24,976 bases of DNA, taken from the IMG/VR virus record IMGVR_UViG_2526164661_000007; one strand, written 5' to 3'. This DNA is from a virus. Its lineage: Duplodnaviria > Heunggongvirae > Uroviricota > Caudoviricetes. The position numbers and the translations under genes are program-made. Positions 8,178-21,595 of this stretch are shown piece after piece. Each line of letters begins with the position of its first letter. Positions within the stretch are counted from its first letter, which is position 1. Under the pieces are notes generated by a model. It made no database searches, was not told where the DNA came from, and saw only the letters and a program-made list of their open reading frames with translations.

Positions 8178-8189
8178 CGGGGCGGCGAC
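8178..8189 (+). other. cos: cosN: lambda-type 12-nt cohesive-end sequence GGGCGGCGACCT
   Basis: CAGGTTACG|GGGCGGCGACCTCGCGGG matches the joined right and left ends of lambda DNA as I recall them; lies 180 bp upstream of Nu1. Confidence 0.85.
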
Positions 8190-8231
8190 CTCGCGGGTTT
8201 TCGCTATTTATGAAAATTTTCCGGTTTAAGG

Positions 8232-8339
8232 CGTTTCCGTTCTTCTTCGTCGTAACTTAATGTTTTTATTTAAAATACCCTCTGAAAAGAAAGGAAACGA
8301 CAGGTGCTGAAAGCGAGCTTTTTGGCCTCTGTCGTTTCC
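8232..8339 (+). promoter_or_regulatory. cosB: three CGTTTCC elements (candidate terminase small-subunit binding sites R3, R2, R1)
   Basis: CGTTTCC at 8232-8238 and 8333-8339, inverted GGAAACG at 8293-8299, between cosN and the Nu1 start. Confidence 0.6.
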
Positions 8340-8368
8340 TTTCTCTGTTTTTGTCCGTGGAATGAACA

Positions 8369-8888
8369 ATGGAAGTCAACAAAAAGCAGCTGGCTGACAT
8401 TTTCGGTGCGAGTATCCGTACCATTCAGAACTGGCAGGAACAGGGAATGCCCGTTCTGCGAGGCGGTGGCAAGGGTAATGAGGTGCTTTATGACTCTGCC
8501 GCCGTCATAAAATGGTATGCCGAAAGGGATGCTGAAATTGAGAACGAAAAGCTGCGCCGGGAAGTTGAAGAACTGCGGCAGGCCAGCGAGACAGATCTCC
8601 AGCCAGGGACTATTGAGTACGAACGCCATCGACTTACGCGTGCGCAGGCCGACGCACAGGAGCTGAAAAATGCCAGAGACTCCGCTGAAGTGGTGGAAAC
8701 CGCATTCTGTACTTTCGTGCTGTCGCGGATCGCAGGTGAAATTGCCAGTATTCTCGACGGGATCCCCCTGTCGGTGCAGCGGCGTTTTCCGGAACTGGAA
8801 AACCGACATGTTGATTTCCTGAAACGGGATATCATCAAAGCCATGAACAAAGCAGCCGCGCTGGATGAACTGATACCGGGGTTGCTGA

Positions 8889-8914
<26 letters not shown>
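8369..8914 (+). CDS. Nu1: Terminase small subunit Nu1
   Basis: 181 aa, MEVNKKQLADIFGASIRTIQNWQEQGMPVLRGGGKGNEVLYD... (winged HTH); near-identical to lambda Nu1 from memory. Confidence 0.95.
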
Positions 8915-12595
<3,681 letters not shown>

Positions 12596-12615
<20 letters not shown>

Positions 12616-13915
12616 TCTCCCGCATATTGCCAGCATGGCTTTTAATGAGCCGCTGATGCTTGAACCCGCCTATGCGCGGGTTTTCTTTTGTGCGCTTGCA
12701 GGCCAGCTTGGGATCAGCCGCCTGACGGATGCAGTATCCGGCGACAGCCTGACTGCCGGAGAGGCACCCGCGGCGCTGGCGTTATCCGGTGATGATGACG
12801 GACCACGACAGGCCCGCAGTTATCAGGTCATGAACGGCATCGCCGTGCTGCCGGTGTCCGGTACGCTGGTCAGCCGGACGCGGGCGCTGCAGCCGTATTC
12901 GGGAATGACCGGTTACAACGGCATTATCGCCCGTCTGCAACAGGCTGCCAGCGATCCGATGGTGGACGGCATTCTGCTGGATATGGACACACCGGGCGGG
13001 ATGGTGGCGGGAGCATTTGACTGTGCTGACATCATCGCCCGTGTGCGAGACATAAAACCGGTATGGGCGCTGGCCAACGACATGAACTGCAGTGCAGGTC
13101 AGCTGCTTGCCAGCGCCGCCTCCCGGCGTCTGGTCACGCAGACCGCCCGGACAGGCTCCATCGGCGTCATGATGGCTCACAGTAATTACGGTGCTGCGCT
13201 GGAGAAACAGGGCGTGGAAATCACGCTGATTTACAGCGGCAGCCATAAGGTGGATGGCAATCCCTACAGCCATCTACCGGATGATGTCCGGGAAACACTG
13301 CAGTCCCGGATGGATGCAACCCGCCGGATGTTTGCACAGAAGGTGTCGGCATATACCGGCCTGTCCGTGCAGGCTGTGCTGGATACCGAGGCTGCAGTGT
13401 ACAGCGGTCAGGAGGCCATTGATGCCGGACTGGCTGATGAACTTGTGAACAGTACCGATGCGATCACCGTCATGCGTGATGCACTGGATGCACGTAAATC
13501 CCGTCTCTCAGGAGGGCGAATGACCAAAGAGACTCAATCAACAACTGTTTCAGCCACTGCTTCGCAGGCTGACGTTACTGGCGTGGTGCAAGCGACGGAG
13601 GGCGAGAACGCCAGCGCTGCGCAGCCGGACGTGAACGCGCAGATCACCGCAGCGGTTGCGGCAGAAAACAGTCGCATTATGGGGATCCTCAACTGTGAGG
13701 AGGCTCACGGACGCGAAGAACAGGCATGCGTGCTGGCCGAAACCCCCGGTATGACCGTGGAAACGGCCCGCCGTATTCTGGCCGCAGCACCACAGAGTGC
13801 ACAGGCGCGCAGTGACACTGCGCTGGATCGTCTGATGCAGGGGGCACCGGCACCGCTGGCTGCAGGTAACCCGGCATCTGATGCCGTTAACGATTTGCTG
13901 AACACACCAGTGTAA
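12596..13915 (+). CDS. C: Head maturation protease / minor capsid protein C (ClpP/S49-like)
   Basis: GTG 12596 preceded by AGGAGG; 439 aa beginning (V)TAELRNLPHIASMAFNEPLM; overlaps the B 3' end. Confidence 0.9.
13310..13915 (+). CDS. Nu3: Scaffolding protein Nu3 (in-frame internal start within C)
   Basis: In-frame ATG at 13310 (MDATRRMFAQ...) sharing the C stop; 201 aa, as in lambda C/Nu3 nesting. Confidence 0.7.
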   Translation: MDATRRMFAQKVSAYTGLSVQAVLDTEAAVYSGQEAIDAGLADELVNSTDAITVMRDALDARKSRLSGGRMTKETQSTTVSATASQADVTGVVQATEGENASAAQPDVNAQITAAVAAENSRIMGILNCEEAHGREEQACVLAETPGMTVETARRILAAAPQSAQARSDTALDRLMQGAPAPLAAGNPASDAVNDLLNTPV

Positions 13916-13924
13916 GGGATGTTT

Positions 13925-14257
13925 ATGACGAGCAAAGAAACCTTTACCCATTACCAGCCGCTGGGCAACAGTGACCCGGCTCATACCGCAACCGCGCCCG
14001 GCGGATTGAGTGCGAAAGCGCCTGCAATGACCCCGCTGATGCTGGACACCTCCACCCGTAAGCTGGTTGCGTGGGATGGCACCACCGACGGTGCTGCCGT
14101 TGGCATTCTTGCAGTTGCTGCTGACCAGACCAGCACCACACTGACGTTCTACAAGTCCGGCACGTTCCGTTATGAGGATGTGCTCTGGCCGGAGGCTGCC
14201 AGCGACGAGACGAAAAAACGGACCGCGTTTGCCGGAACGGCAATCAGCATCGTTTAA
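13925..14257 (+). CDS. D: Capsid decoration protein D
   Basis: ATG 13925 with AGGG 6 nt upstream; 110 aa [12 protein letters not shown]... Confidence 0.95.
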   Translation: MTSKETFTHYQPLGNSDPAHTATAPGGLSAKAPAMTPLMLDTSTRKLVAWDGTTDGAAVGILAVAADQTSTTLTFYKSGTFRYEDVLWPEAASDETKKRTAFAGTAISIV

Positions 14258-14276
14258 CTTTACCCTTCATCACTAA

Positions 14277-14299
14277 AGGCCGCCTGTGCGGCTTTTTTT
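14277..14299 (+). terminator. Terminator-like hairpin with T7 tract in the D-E intercistronic region
   Basis: AGGCCGC-CTGT-GCGGCTTTTTTT between the D stop (14257) and the E start (14313). Confidence 0.4.
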
Positions 14300-14312
14300 A
14301 CGGGATTTTTTT

Positions 14313-15338
14313 ATGTCGATGTACACAACCGCCCAGCTGCTGGCGGCAAATGAGCAGAAATTTAAGTTTGATCCGCTGTTTCTGCGTCTCTTTTTCCGTG
14401 AGAGCTATCCCTTCACTACGGAGAAAGTCTATCTCTCACAAATTCCGGGACTGGTAAACATGGCGCTGTACGTTTCGCCGATTGTTTCCGGTGAGGTTAT
14501 CCGTTCCCGTGGCGGCTCCACCTCTGAATTTACGCCGGGATATGTCAAACCCAAGCATGAAGTGAATCCGCAGATGACCCTGCGTCGCCTGCCGGATGAA
14601 GATCCGCAGAATCTGGCGGACCCGGCTTACCGCCGCCGTCGCATCATCATGCAGAACATGCGTGACGAAGAGCTGGCCATTGCTCAGGTCGAAGAGATGC
14701 AGGCAGTTTCTGCCGTGCTCAAGGGCAAATACACCATGACCGGTGAAGCCTTCGATCCGGTTGAGGTGGATATGGGCCGCAGTGCGGCGAACAACATCAC
14801 GCAGTCCGGCGGCACGGAGTGGAGCAAGCGTGACAAGTCCACGTATGACCCGACCGACGATATCGAAGCCTACGCGCTGAACGCCAGCGGCGTGGTGAAT
14901 ATCATCGTGTTTGACCCGAAAGGCTGGGCGCTGTTCCGTTCCTTCAAAGCCGTCAGGGAGAAGCTGGATACCCGTCGCGGCTCTCATTCCGAACTGGAGA
15001 CAGCGGTAAAAGACCTGGGCAAAGCGGTGTCTTATAAGGGAATGTATGGCGATGTGGCCATCGTCGTGTATTCCGGACAGTACGTGGAAAACGGCGTCAA
15101 AAAGAACTTCCTGCCGGACAACACGATGGTGCTGGGTAACACTCATGCACGCGGTCTGCGCACCTATGGCTGTATTCAGGATGCGGATGCATTGAGTGAG
15201 GGCATTAATGCGTCTCCCCGTTATCCGAAAAACTGGAAGACATCCGGCGATCCGGCGCGAGAGTTCACCATGATTCAGTCAGCACCGCTGATGCTGCTGG
15301 CTGATCCTGATGAGTTCGTGTCCGTTCAACTGGCGTAA
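14313..15338 (+). CDS. E: Major capsid protein E (HK97 fold)
   Basis: 341 aa from ATG 14313 (MSMYTTAQLLAANEQKFKFDPLFL...); matches lambda gpE. Confidence 0.95.
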   Translation: MSMYTTAQLLAANEQKFKFDPLFLRLFFRESYPFTTEKVYLSQIPGLVNMALYVSPIVSGEVIRSRGGSTSEFTPGYVKPKHEVNPQMTLRRLPDEDPQNLADPAYRRRRIIMQNMRDEELAIAQVEEMQAVSAVLKGKYTMTGEAFDPVEVDMGRSAANNITQSGGTEWSKRDKSTYDPTDDIEAYALNASGVVNIIVFDPKGWALFRSFKAVREKLDTRRGSHSELETAVKDLGKAVSYKGMYGDVAIVVYSGQYVENGVKKNFLPDNTMVLGNTHARGLRTYGCIQDADALSEGINASPRYPKNWKTSGDPAREFTMIQSAPLMLLADPDEFVSVQLA

Positions 15339-15379
15339 TCATGGCCCTTAGGGGCCATTTTCTCTCTGTGGAGGAGTCC

Positions 15380-15775
15380 ATGACGAAAGATGAACTGATT
15401 GCCCGTCTCCGGTCGCTGGGTGAGCAACTGAACCGTGATGTCAGCCTGACGGGGACGAAAGAAGAACTGGCGCTCCGTGTGGCAGAGCTGGAAGAGGAGC
15501 TTGATGACACGGATGACGGAGCCGGTCAGGACTCGTCTGTCAGCCCGGAAAATGCGCTGACCGGACATGAAAATGAGGTGGTATCAGCACAGACGGATAC
15601 CGTGACTGATACGGCTGCTCTGGTCACGGTTGTGGCACTGGTGACGCTGCATACCGATGCACTTCACGCCACGCGGGATGAACCTGTGGCATTTGTGCTG
15701 CCGGGAACGGCGTTTCGTGTCTCTGCCGGTGTGGCAGCCGAAATGACAGAGCGCGGCCTGGCCAGAATGCAATAA
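15380..15775 (+). CDS. FI: DNA-packaging / head-completion protein FI
   Basis: ATG 15380 preceded by GGAGGAG; MTKDELIARLRSLGEQLN...; 131 aa. Confidence 0.9.
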   Translation: MTKDELIARLRSLGEQLNRDVSLTGTKEELALRVAELEEELDDTDDGAGQDSSVSPENALTGHENEVVSAQTDTVTDTAALVTVVALVTLHTDALHATRDEPVAFVLPGTAFRVSAGVAAEMTERGLARMQ

Positions 15776-15786
15776 CGGGAGGCGCT

Positions 15787-16140
15787 GTGGCTGATTTCGA
15801 TAACCTGTTCGATGCTGCCATTGTCCGCGCCGATGAAACGATACGCGGGTACATGGGAACGTCAGCCACCATGACATCCGGTGAGCAGTCCGGCGCAGTA
15901 ATACGTGGTGTTTTTGATGACCCTGAAAATATCAGCTATGCCGGACAGGGCGTGCGCGTTGAAGGCTCCAGCCCGTCCCTGTTTGTCCGGACTGATGATG
16001 TGCGGCAGCTGCGGCGTGGAGACACGCTGACCATCGGTGAGGAAAACTTCTGGATAGACCGGGTTTCGCCGGATGATGGTGGAAGCTGTCATCTCTGGCT
16101 TGGGCGGGGCGTACCGCCTGCCGTTAACCGTCGCCGCTGA
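15787..16140 (+). CDS. FII: Head-tail connector protein FII
   Basis: 117 aa MADFDNLFDAAI...; matches lambda gpFII. Confidence 0.95.
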   Translation: MADFDNLFDAAIVRADETIRGYMGTSATMTSGEQSGAVIRGVFDDPENISYAGQGVRVEGSSPSLFVRTDDVRQLRRGDTLTIGEENFWIDRVSPDDGGSCHLWLGRGVPPAVNRRR

Positions 16141-16151
16141 AAGGGGGATGT

Positions 16152-16730
16152 ATGGCCATAAAAGGTCTTGAGCAGGCCATTGAAAACCTCAGCCGTATCA
16201 GCAAAACGGCGGTGCCTGGTGCCGCCGCAATGGCCATTAACCGCGTTGCTTCATCCGCGATATCGCAGTCGGCGTCACAGGTTTCCCGTGAGACAAAGGT
16301 ACGCCGGAAACTGGTAAAGGAAAGGGCCAGGCTGAAAAGGGCCACGGTCAAAAATCCGCAGGCCAGAATCAAAGTTAACCGGGGGGATTTGCCCGTAATC
16401 AAGCTGGGTAAGGCGCGGGTTGTCCTTTCGCGCCGCAGGCGTCGTAAAAAGGGGCAGCGTTCATCCCTGAAAGGTGGCGGCAGCGTGCTTGTGGTGGGTA
16501 ACCGTCGTATTCCCGGCGCGTTTATTCAGCAACTGAAAAATGGCCGGTGGCATGTCATGCAGCGTGTGGCCGGGAAAAACCGTTACCCCATTGATGTGGT
16601 GAAAATCCCGATGGCGGTGCCGCTGACCACGGCGTTTAAACAAAATATTGAGCGGATACGGCGTGAACGTCTTCCGAAAGAGCTGGGCTATGCGCTGCAG
16701 CATCAACTGAGGATGGTAATAAAGCGATGA
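16152..16730 (+). CDS. Z: Tail completion protein Z
   Basis: 192 aa; matches lambda gpZ. Confidence 0.9.
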   Translation: MAIKGLEQAIENLSRISKTAVPGAAAMAINRVASSAISQSASQVSRETKVRRKLVKERARLKRATVKNPQARIKVNRGDLPVIKLGKARVVLSRRRRRKKGQRSSLKGGGSVLVVGNRRIPGAFIQQLKNGRWHVMQRVAGKNRYPIDVVKIPMAVPLTTAFKQNIERIRRERLPKELGYALQHQLRMVIKR

Positions 16731-17122
16731 AACATACTGAACTCCGTTCAGCCGTACTGGATGCACTGGAGAAGCATGACACCGGGGCGACGTTTTTTGA
16801 TGGTCGCCCCGCTGTTTTTGATGAGGCGGATTTTCCGGCAGTTGCCGTTTATCTCACCGGCGCTGAATACACGGGCGAAGAGCTGGACAGCGATACCTGG
16901 CAGGCGGAGCTGCATATCGAAGTTTTCCTGCCTGCTCAGGTGCCGGATTCAGAGCTGGATGCGTGGATGGAGTCCCGGATTTATCCGGTGATGAGCGATA
17001 TCCCGGCACTGTCAGATTTGATCACCAGTATGGTGGCCAGCGGCTATGACTACCGGCGCGACGATGATGCGGGCCTGTGGAGTTCAGCCGATCTGACTTA
17101 TGTCATTACCTATGAAATGTGA
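16727..17122 (+). CDS. U: Tail terminator protein U
   Basis: 131 aa; ATGA overlap with the Z stop; matches lambda gpU. Confidence 0.9.
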   Translation: MKHTELRSAVLDALEKHDTGATFFDGRPAVFDEADFPAVAVYLTGAEYTGEELDSDTWQAELHIEVFLPAQVPDSELDAWMESRIYPVMSDIPALSDLITSMVASGYDYRRDDDAGLWSSADLTYVITYEM

Positions 17123-17129
17123 GGACGCT

Positions 17130-17870
17130 ATGCCTGTACCAAATCCTACAATGCCGGTGAAAGGTGCCGGGACCTCCCTGTGGGTTTATAAGGGGAGCGG
17201 TGACCCTTATGCGAATCCGCTTTCAGACGTTGACTGGTCGCGTCTGGCAAAAGTTAAAGACCTGACGCCCGGCGAACTGACCGCTGAGTCCTATGACGAC
17301 AGCTATCTCGATGATGAAGATGCAGACTGGACTGCGACCGGGCAGGGGCAGAAATCTGCCGGAGATACCAGCTTCACGCTGGCGTGGATGCCCGGAGAGC
17401 AGGGGCAGCAGGCGCTGCTGGCGTGGTTTAATGAAGGCGATACCCGTGCCTATAAAATCCGCTTCCCGAACGGCACGGTCGATGTGTTCCGTGGCTGGGT
17501 CAGCAGTATCGGTAAGGCGGTGACGGCGAAGGAAGTGATCACCCGCACGGTGAAAGTCACCAATGTGGGACGTCCGTCGATGGCAGAAGATCGCAGCACG
17601 GTAACAGCGGCAACCGGCATGACCGTGACGCCTGCCAGCACCTCGGTGGTGAAAGGGCAGAGCACCACGCTGACCGTGGCCTTCCAGCCGGAGGGCGTAA
17701 CCGACAAGAGCTTTCGTGCGGTGTCTGCGGATAAAACAAAAGCCACCGTGTCGGTCAGTGGTATGACCATCACCGTGAACGGCGTTGCTGCAGGCAAGGT
17801 CAACATTCCGGTTGTATCCGGTAATGGTGAGTTTGCTGCGGTTGCAGAAATTACCGTCACCGCCAGTTAA
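17130..17870 (+). CDS. V: Major tail tube protein V with C-terminal Ig-like domain
   Basis: ATG 17130 ([15 protein letters not shown]...), 246 aa; C-terminal Ig-like segment. Confidence 0.95.
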   Translation: MPVPNPTMPVKGAGTSLWVYKGSGDPYANPLSDVDWSRLAKVKDLTPGELTAESYDDSYLDDEDADWTATGQGQKSAGDTSFTLAWMPGEQGQQALLAWFNEGDTRAYKIRFPNGTVDVFRGWVSSIGKAVTAKEVITRTVKVTNVGRPSMAEDRSTVTAATGMTVTPASTSVVKGQSTTLTVAFQPEGVTDKSFRAVSADKTKATVSVSGMTITVNGVAAGKVNIPVVSGNGEFAAVAEITVTAS

Positions 17871-17885
17871 TCCGGAGAGTCAGCG

Positions 17886-18299
17886 ATGTTCCTGAAAACC
17901 GAATCATTTGAACATAACGGTGTGACCGTCACGCTTTCTGAACTGTCAGCCCTGCAGCGCATTGAGCATCTCGCCCTGATGAAACGGCAGGCAGAACAGG
18001 CGGAGTCAGACAGCAACCGGAAGTTTACTGTGGAAGACGCCATCAGAACCGGCGCGTTTCTGGTGGCGATGTCCCTGTGGCATAACCATCCGCAGATGCC
18101 GTCCATGAATGAAGCCGTTAAACAGATTGAGCAGGAAGTGCTTACCACCTGGCCCACGGAGGCAATTTCTCATGCTGAAAACGTGGTGTACCGGCTGTCT
18201 GGTATGTATGAGTTTGTGGTGAATAATGCCCCTGAACAGACAGAGGACGCCGGGCCCGCAGAGCCTGTTTCTGCGGGAAAGTGTTCGACGGTGAGCTGA
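17886..18299 (+). CDS. G: Tail assembly chaperone G
   Basis: 137 aa MFLKTESFEHNGVTVTLSEL...; slippery heptamer GGGAAAG near the 3' end. Confidence 0.9.
   Translation: MFLKTESFEHNGVTVTLSELSALQRIEHLALMKRQAEQAESDSNRKFTVEDAIRTGAFLVAMSLWHNHPQMPSMNEAVKQIEQEVLTTWPTEAISHAENVVYRLSGMYEFVVNNAPEQTEDAGPAEPVSAGKCSTVS
18275..18281 (+). promoter_or_regulatory. Programmed -1 ribosomal frameshift site (G GGA AAG) producing the G-T fusion
   Basis: GGGAAAG lies in the G frame as G|GGA|AAG; the -1 frame is open from here to 18715 (T segment). Confidence 0.85.
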
Positions 18300-18715
18300 G
18301 TTTTGCCCTGAAACTGGCGCGTGAGATGGGGCGACCCGACTGGCGTGCCATGCTTGCCGGGATGTCATCCACGGAGTATGCCGACTGGCACCGCTTTTAC
18401 AGTACCCATTATTTTCATGATGTTCTGCTGGATATGCACTTTTCCGGGCTGACGTACACCGTGCTCAGCCTGTTTTTCAGCGATCCGGATATGCATCCGC
18501 TGGATTTCAGTCTGCTGAACCGGCGCGAGGCTGACGAAGAGCCTGAAGATGATGTGCTGATGCAGAAAGCGGCAGGGCTTGCCGGAGGCGTCCGCTTTGG
18601 CCCGGACGGGAATGAAGTTATCCCCGCTTCCCCGGATGTGGCGGACATGACGGAGGATGACGTAATGCTGATGACAGTATCAGAAGGGATCGCAGGAGGA
18701 GTCCGGTATGGCTGA
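18281..18715 (+). CDS. T: Tail assembly chaperone T segment (expressed as G-T fusion by -1 frameshift)
   Basis: Open -1 frame downstream of the slippery site; ends at TGA overlapping the H start. Confidence 0.85.
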   Translation: MFDGELSFALKLAREMGRPDWRAMLAGMSSTEYADWHRFYSTHYFHDVLLDMHFSGLTYTVLSLFFSDPDMHPLDFSLLNRREADEEPEDDVLMQKAAGLAGGVRFGPDGNEVIPASPDVADMTEDDVMLMTVSEGIAGGVRYG

Positions 18716-21269
18716 ACCGGTAGGCGATCTGGTCGTTGATTTGAGTCTGGATGCGGCCAGATTTGACGAGCAGATGGCCAGAGTCAGGCGTCATTTTTCC
18801 GGTACGGAAAGTGATGCGAAAAAAACAGCGGCAGTCGTTGAACAGTCGCTGAGCCGACAGGCGCTGGCTGCACAGAAAGCGGGGATTTCCGTCGGGCAGT
18901 ATAAAGCCGCCATGCGTATGCTGCCTGCACAGTTCACCGACGTGGCCACGCAGCTTGCAGGCGGGCAAAGTCCGTGGCTGATCCTGCTGCAACAGGGGGG
19001 GCAGGTGAAGGACTCCTTCGGCGGGATGATCCCCATGTTCAGGGGGCTTGCCGGTGCGATCACCCTGCCGATGGTGGGGGCCACCTCGCTGGCGGTGGCG
19101 ACCGGTGCGCTGGCGTATGCCTGGTATCAGGGCAACTCAACCCTGTCCGATTTCAACAAAACGCTGGTCCTTTCCGGCAATCAGGCGGGACTGACGGCAG
19201 ATCGTATGCTGGTCCTGTCCAGAGCCGGGCAGGCGGCAGGGCTGACGTTTAACCAGACCAGCGAGTCACTCAGCGCACTGGTTAAGGCGGGGGTAAGCGG
19301 TGAGGCTCAGATTGCGTCCATCAGCCAGAGTGTGGCGCGTTTCTCCTCTGCATCCGGCGTGGAGGTGGACAAGGTCGCTGAAGCCTTCGGGAAGCTGACC
19401 ACAGACCCGACGTCGGGGCTGACGGCGATGGCACGCCAGTTCCATAACGTGACGGCGGAGCAGATTGCGTATGTTGCTCAGTTGCAGCGTTCCGGCGATG
19501 AAGCCGGGGCATTGCAGGCGGCGAACGAGGCAGCAACGAAAGGGTTTGATGACCAGACCCGTCGCCTGAAAGAGAACATGGGCACGCTGGAGACCTGGGC
19601 AGACAGGACTGCGCGGGCATTCAAATCCATGTGGGATGCGGTGCTGGATATTGGTCGTCCTGATACCGCGCAGGAGATGCTGATTAAGGCAGAGGCTGCG
19701 TTTAAGAAAGCAGACGACATCTGGAATCTGCGCAAGGATGATTATTTTGTTAACGATGAAGCGCGGGCGCGTTACTGGGATGATCGTGAAAAGGCCCGTC
19801 TTGCGCTTGAAGCCGCCCGAAAGAAGGCTGAGCAGCAGACTCAACAGGACAAAAATGCGCAGCAGCAGAGCGATACCGAAGCGTCACGGCTGAAATATAC
19901 CGAAGAGGCGCAGAAGGCTTACGAACGGCTGCAGACGCCGCTGGAGAAATATACCGCCCGTCAGGAAGAACTGAACAAGGCACTGAAAGACGGGAAAATC
20001 CTGCAGGCGGATTACAACACGCTGATGGCGGCGGCGAAAAAGGATTATGAAGCGACGCTGAAAAAGCCGAAACAGTCCGGCGTGAAGGTGTCTGCGGGCG
20101 ATCGTCAGGAAGACAGTGCTCATGCTGCCCTGCTGACGCTTCAGGCAGAACTCCGGACGCTGGAGAAGCATGCCGGAGCAAATGAGAAAATCAGCCAGCA
20201 GCGCCGGGATTTGTGGAAGGCGGAGAGTCAGTTCGCGGTACTGGAGGAGGCGGCGCAACGTCGCCAGCTGTCTGCACAGGAGAAATCCCTGCTGGCGCAT
20301 AAAGATGAGACGCTGGAGTACAAACGCCAGCTGGCTGCACTTGGCGACAAGGTTACGTATCAGGAGCGCCTGAACGCGCTGGCGCAGCAGGCGGATAAAT
20401 TCGCACAGCAGCAACGGGCAAAACGGGCCGCCATTGATGCGAAAAGCCGGGGGCTGACTGACCGGCAGGCAGAACGGGAAGCCACGGAACAGCGCCTGAA
20501 GGAACAGTATGGCGATAATCCGCTGGCGCTGAATAACGTCATGTCAGAGCAGAAAAAGACCTGGGCGGCTGAAGACCAGCTTCGCGGGAACTGGATGGCA
20601 GGCCTGAAGTCCGGCTGGAGTGAGTGGGAAGAGAGTGCCACGGACAGTATGTCGCAGGTAAAAAGTGCAGCCACGCAGACCTTTGATGGTATTGCACAGA
20701 ATATGGCGGCGATGCTGACCGGCAGTGAGCAGAACTGGCGCAGCTTCACCCGTTCCGTGCTGTCCATGATGACAGAAATTCTGCTTAAGCAGGCAATGGT
20801 GGGGATTGTCGGGAGTATCGGCAGCGCCATTGGCGGGGCTGTTGGTGGCGGCGCATCCGCGTCAGGCGGTACAGCCATTCAGGCCGCTGCGGCGAAATTC
20901 CATTTTGCAACCGGAGGATTTACGGGAACCGGCGGCAAATATGAGCCAGCGGGGATTGTTCACCGTGGTGAGTTTGTCTTCACGAAGGAGGCAACCAGCC
21001 GGATTGGCGTGGGGAATCTTTACCGGCTGATGCGCGGCTATGCCACCGGCGGTTATGTCGGTACACCGGGCAGCATGGCAGACAGCCGGTCGCAGGCGTC
21101 CGGGACGTTTGAGCAGAATAACCATGTGGTGATTAACAACGACGGCACGAACGGGCAGATAGGTCCGGCTGCTCTGAAGGCGGTGTATGACATGGCCCGC
21201 AAGGGTGCCCGTGATGAAATTCAGACACAGATGCGTGATGGTGGCCTGTTCTCCGGAGGTGGACGATGA
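18708..21269 (+). CDS. H: Tail tape measure protein H
   Basis: 853 aa, long helical Ala/Gln/Glu-rich central region, Gly-rich C-terminal part; position after G-T. Confidence 0.95.
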   Translation: MAEPVGDLVVDLSLDAARFDEQMARVRRHFSGTESDAKKTAAVVEQSLSRQALAAQKAGISVGQYKAAMRMLPAQFTDVATQLAGGQSPWLILLQQGGQVKDSFGGMIPMFRGLAGAITLPMVGATSLAVATGALAYAWYQGNSTLSDFNKTLVLSGNQAGLTADRMLVLSRAGQAAGLTFNQTSESLSALVKAGVSGEAQIASISQSVARFSSASGVEVDKVAEAFGKLTTDPTSGLTAMARQFHNVTAEQIAYVAQLQRSGDEAGALQAANEAATKGFDDQTRRLKENMGTLETWADRTARAFKSMWDAVLDIGRPDTAQEMLIKAEAAFKKADDIWNLRKDDYFVNDEARARYWDDREKARLALEAARKKAEQQTQQDKNAQQQSDTEASRLKYTEEAQKAYERLQTPLEKYTARQEELNKALKDGKILQADYNTLMAAAKKDYEATLKKPKQSGVKVSAGDRQEDSAHAALLTLQAELRTLEKHAGANEKISQQRRDLWKAESQFAVLEEAAQRRQLSAQEKSLLAHKDETLEYKRQLAALGDKVTYQERLNALAQQADKFAQQQRAKRAAIDAKSRGLTDRQAEREATEQRLKEQYGDNPLALNNVMSEQKKTWAAEDQLRGNWMAGLKSGWSEWEESATDSMSQVKSAATQTFDGIAQNMAAMLTGSEQNWRSFTRSVLSMMTEILLKQAMVGIVGSIGSAIGGAVGGGASASGGTAIQAAAAKFHFATGGFTGTGGKYEPAGIVHRGEFVFTKEATSRIGVGNLYRLMRGYATGGYVGTPGSMADSRSQASGTFEQNNHVVINNDGTNGQIGPAALKAVYDMARKGARDEIQTQMRDGGLFSGGGR

Positions 21270-21595
21270 AGACCTTCCGCTGGAAAGTGAAACCCGGTAT
21301 GGATGTGGCTTCGGTCCCTTCTGTAAGAAAGGTGCGCTTTGGTGATGGCTATTCCCAGCGAGCGCCTGCCGGGCTGAATGCCAACCTGAAAACGTACAGC
21401 GTGACGCTTTCTGTCCCCCGTGAGGAGGCCACGGTACTGGAGTCGTTTCTGGAAGAGCACGGGGGCTGGAAATCCTTTCTGTGGACGCCGCCTTATGAGT
21501 GGCGGCAGATAAAGGTGACCTGCGCAAAATGGTCGTCGCGGGTCAGTATGCTGCGTGTTGAGTTCAGCGCAGAGTTTGAACAGGTGGTGAACTGA
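21266..21595 (+). CDS. M: Tail tip protein M
   Basis: 109 aa; ATGA overlap with the H stop. Confidence 0.9.
   Translation: MKTFRWKVKPGMDVASVPSVRKVRFGDGYSQRAPAGLNANLKTYSVTLSVPREEATVLESFLEEHGGWKSFLWTPPYEWRQIKVTCAKWSSRVSMLRVEFSAEFEQVVN

Noticed and set aside
8304-8510. 68-aa + strand ORF overlapping cosB and the Nu1 start
   Set aside because: Overlaps the terminase-binding repeats and the Nu1 coding frame; Cys/Phe-rich nonsense translation.
14436-15146. 236-aa ORF on the - strand, antisense to the major capsid gene E
   Set aside because: Lies entirely inside a strongly supported coding gene on the other strand, has no start context or recognisable motif; long antisense ORFs are expected in GC-rich coding DNA.
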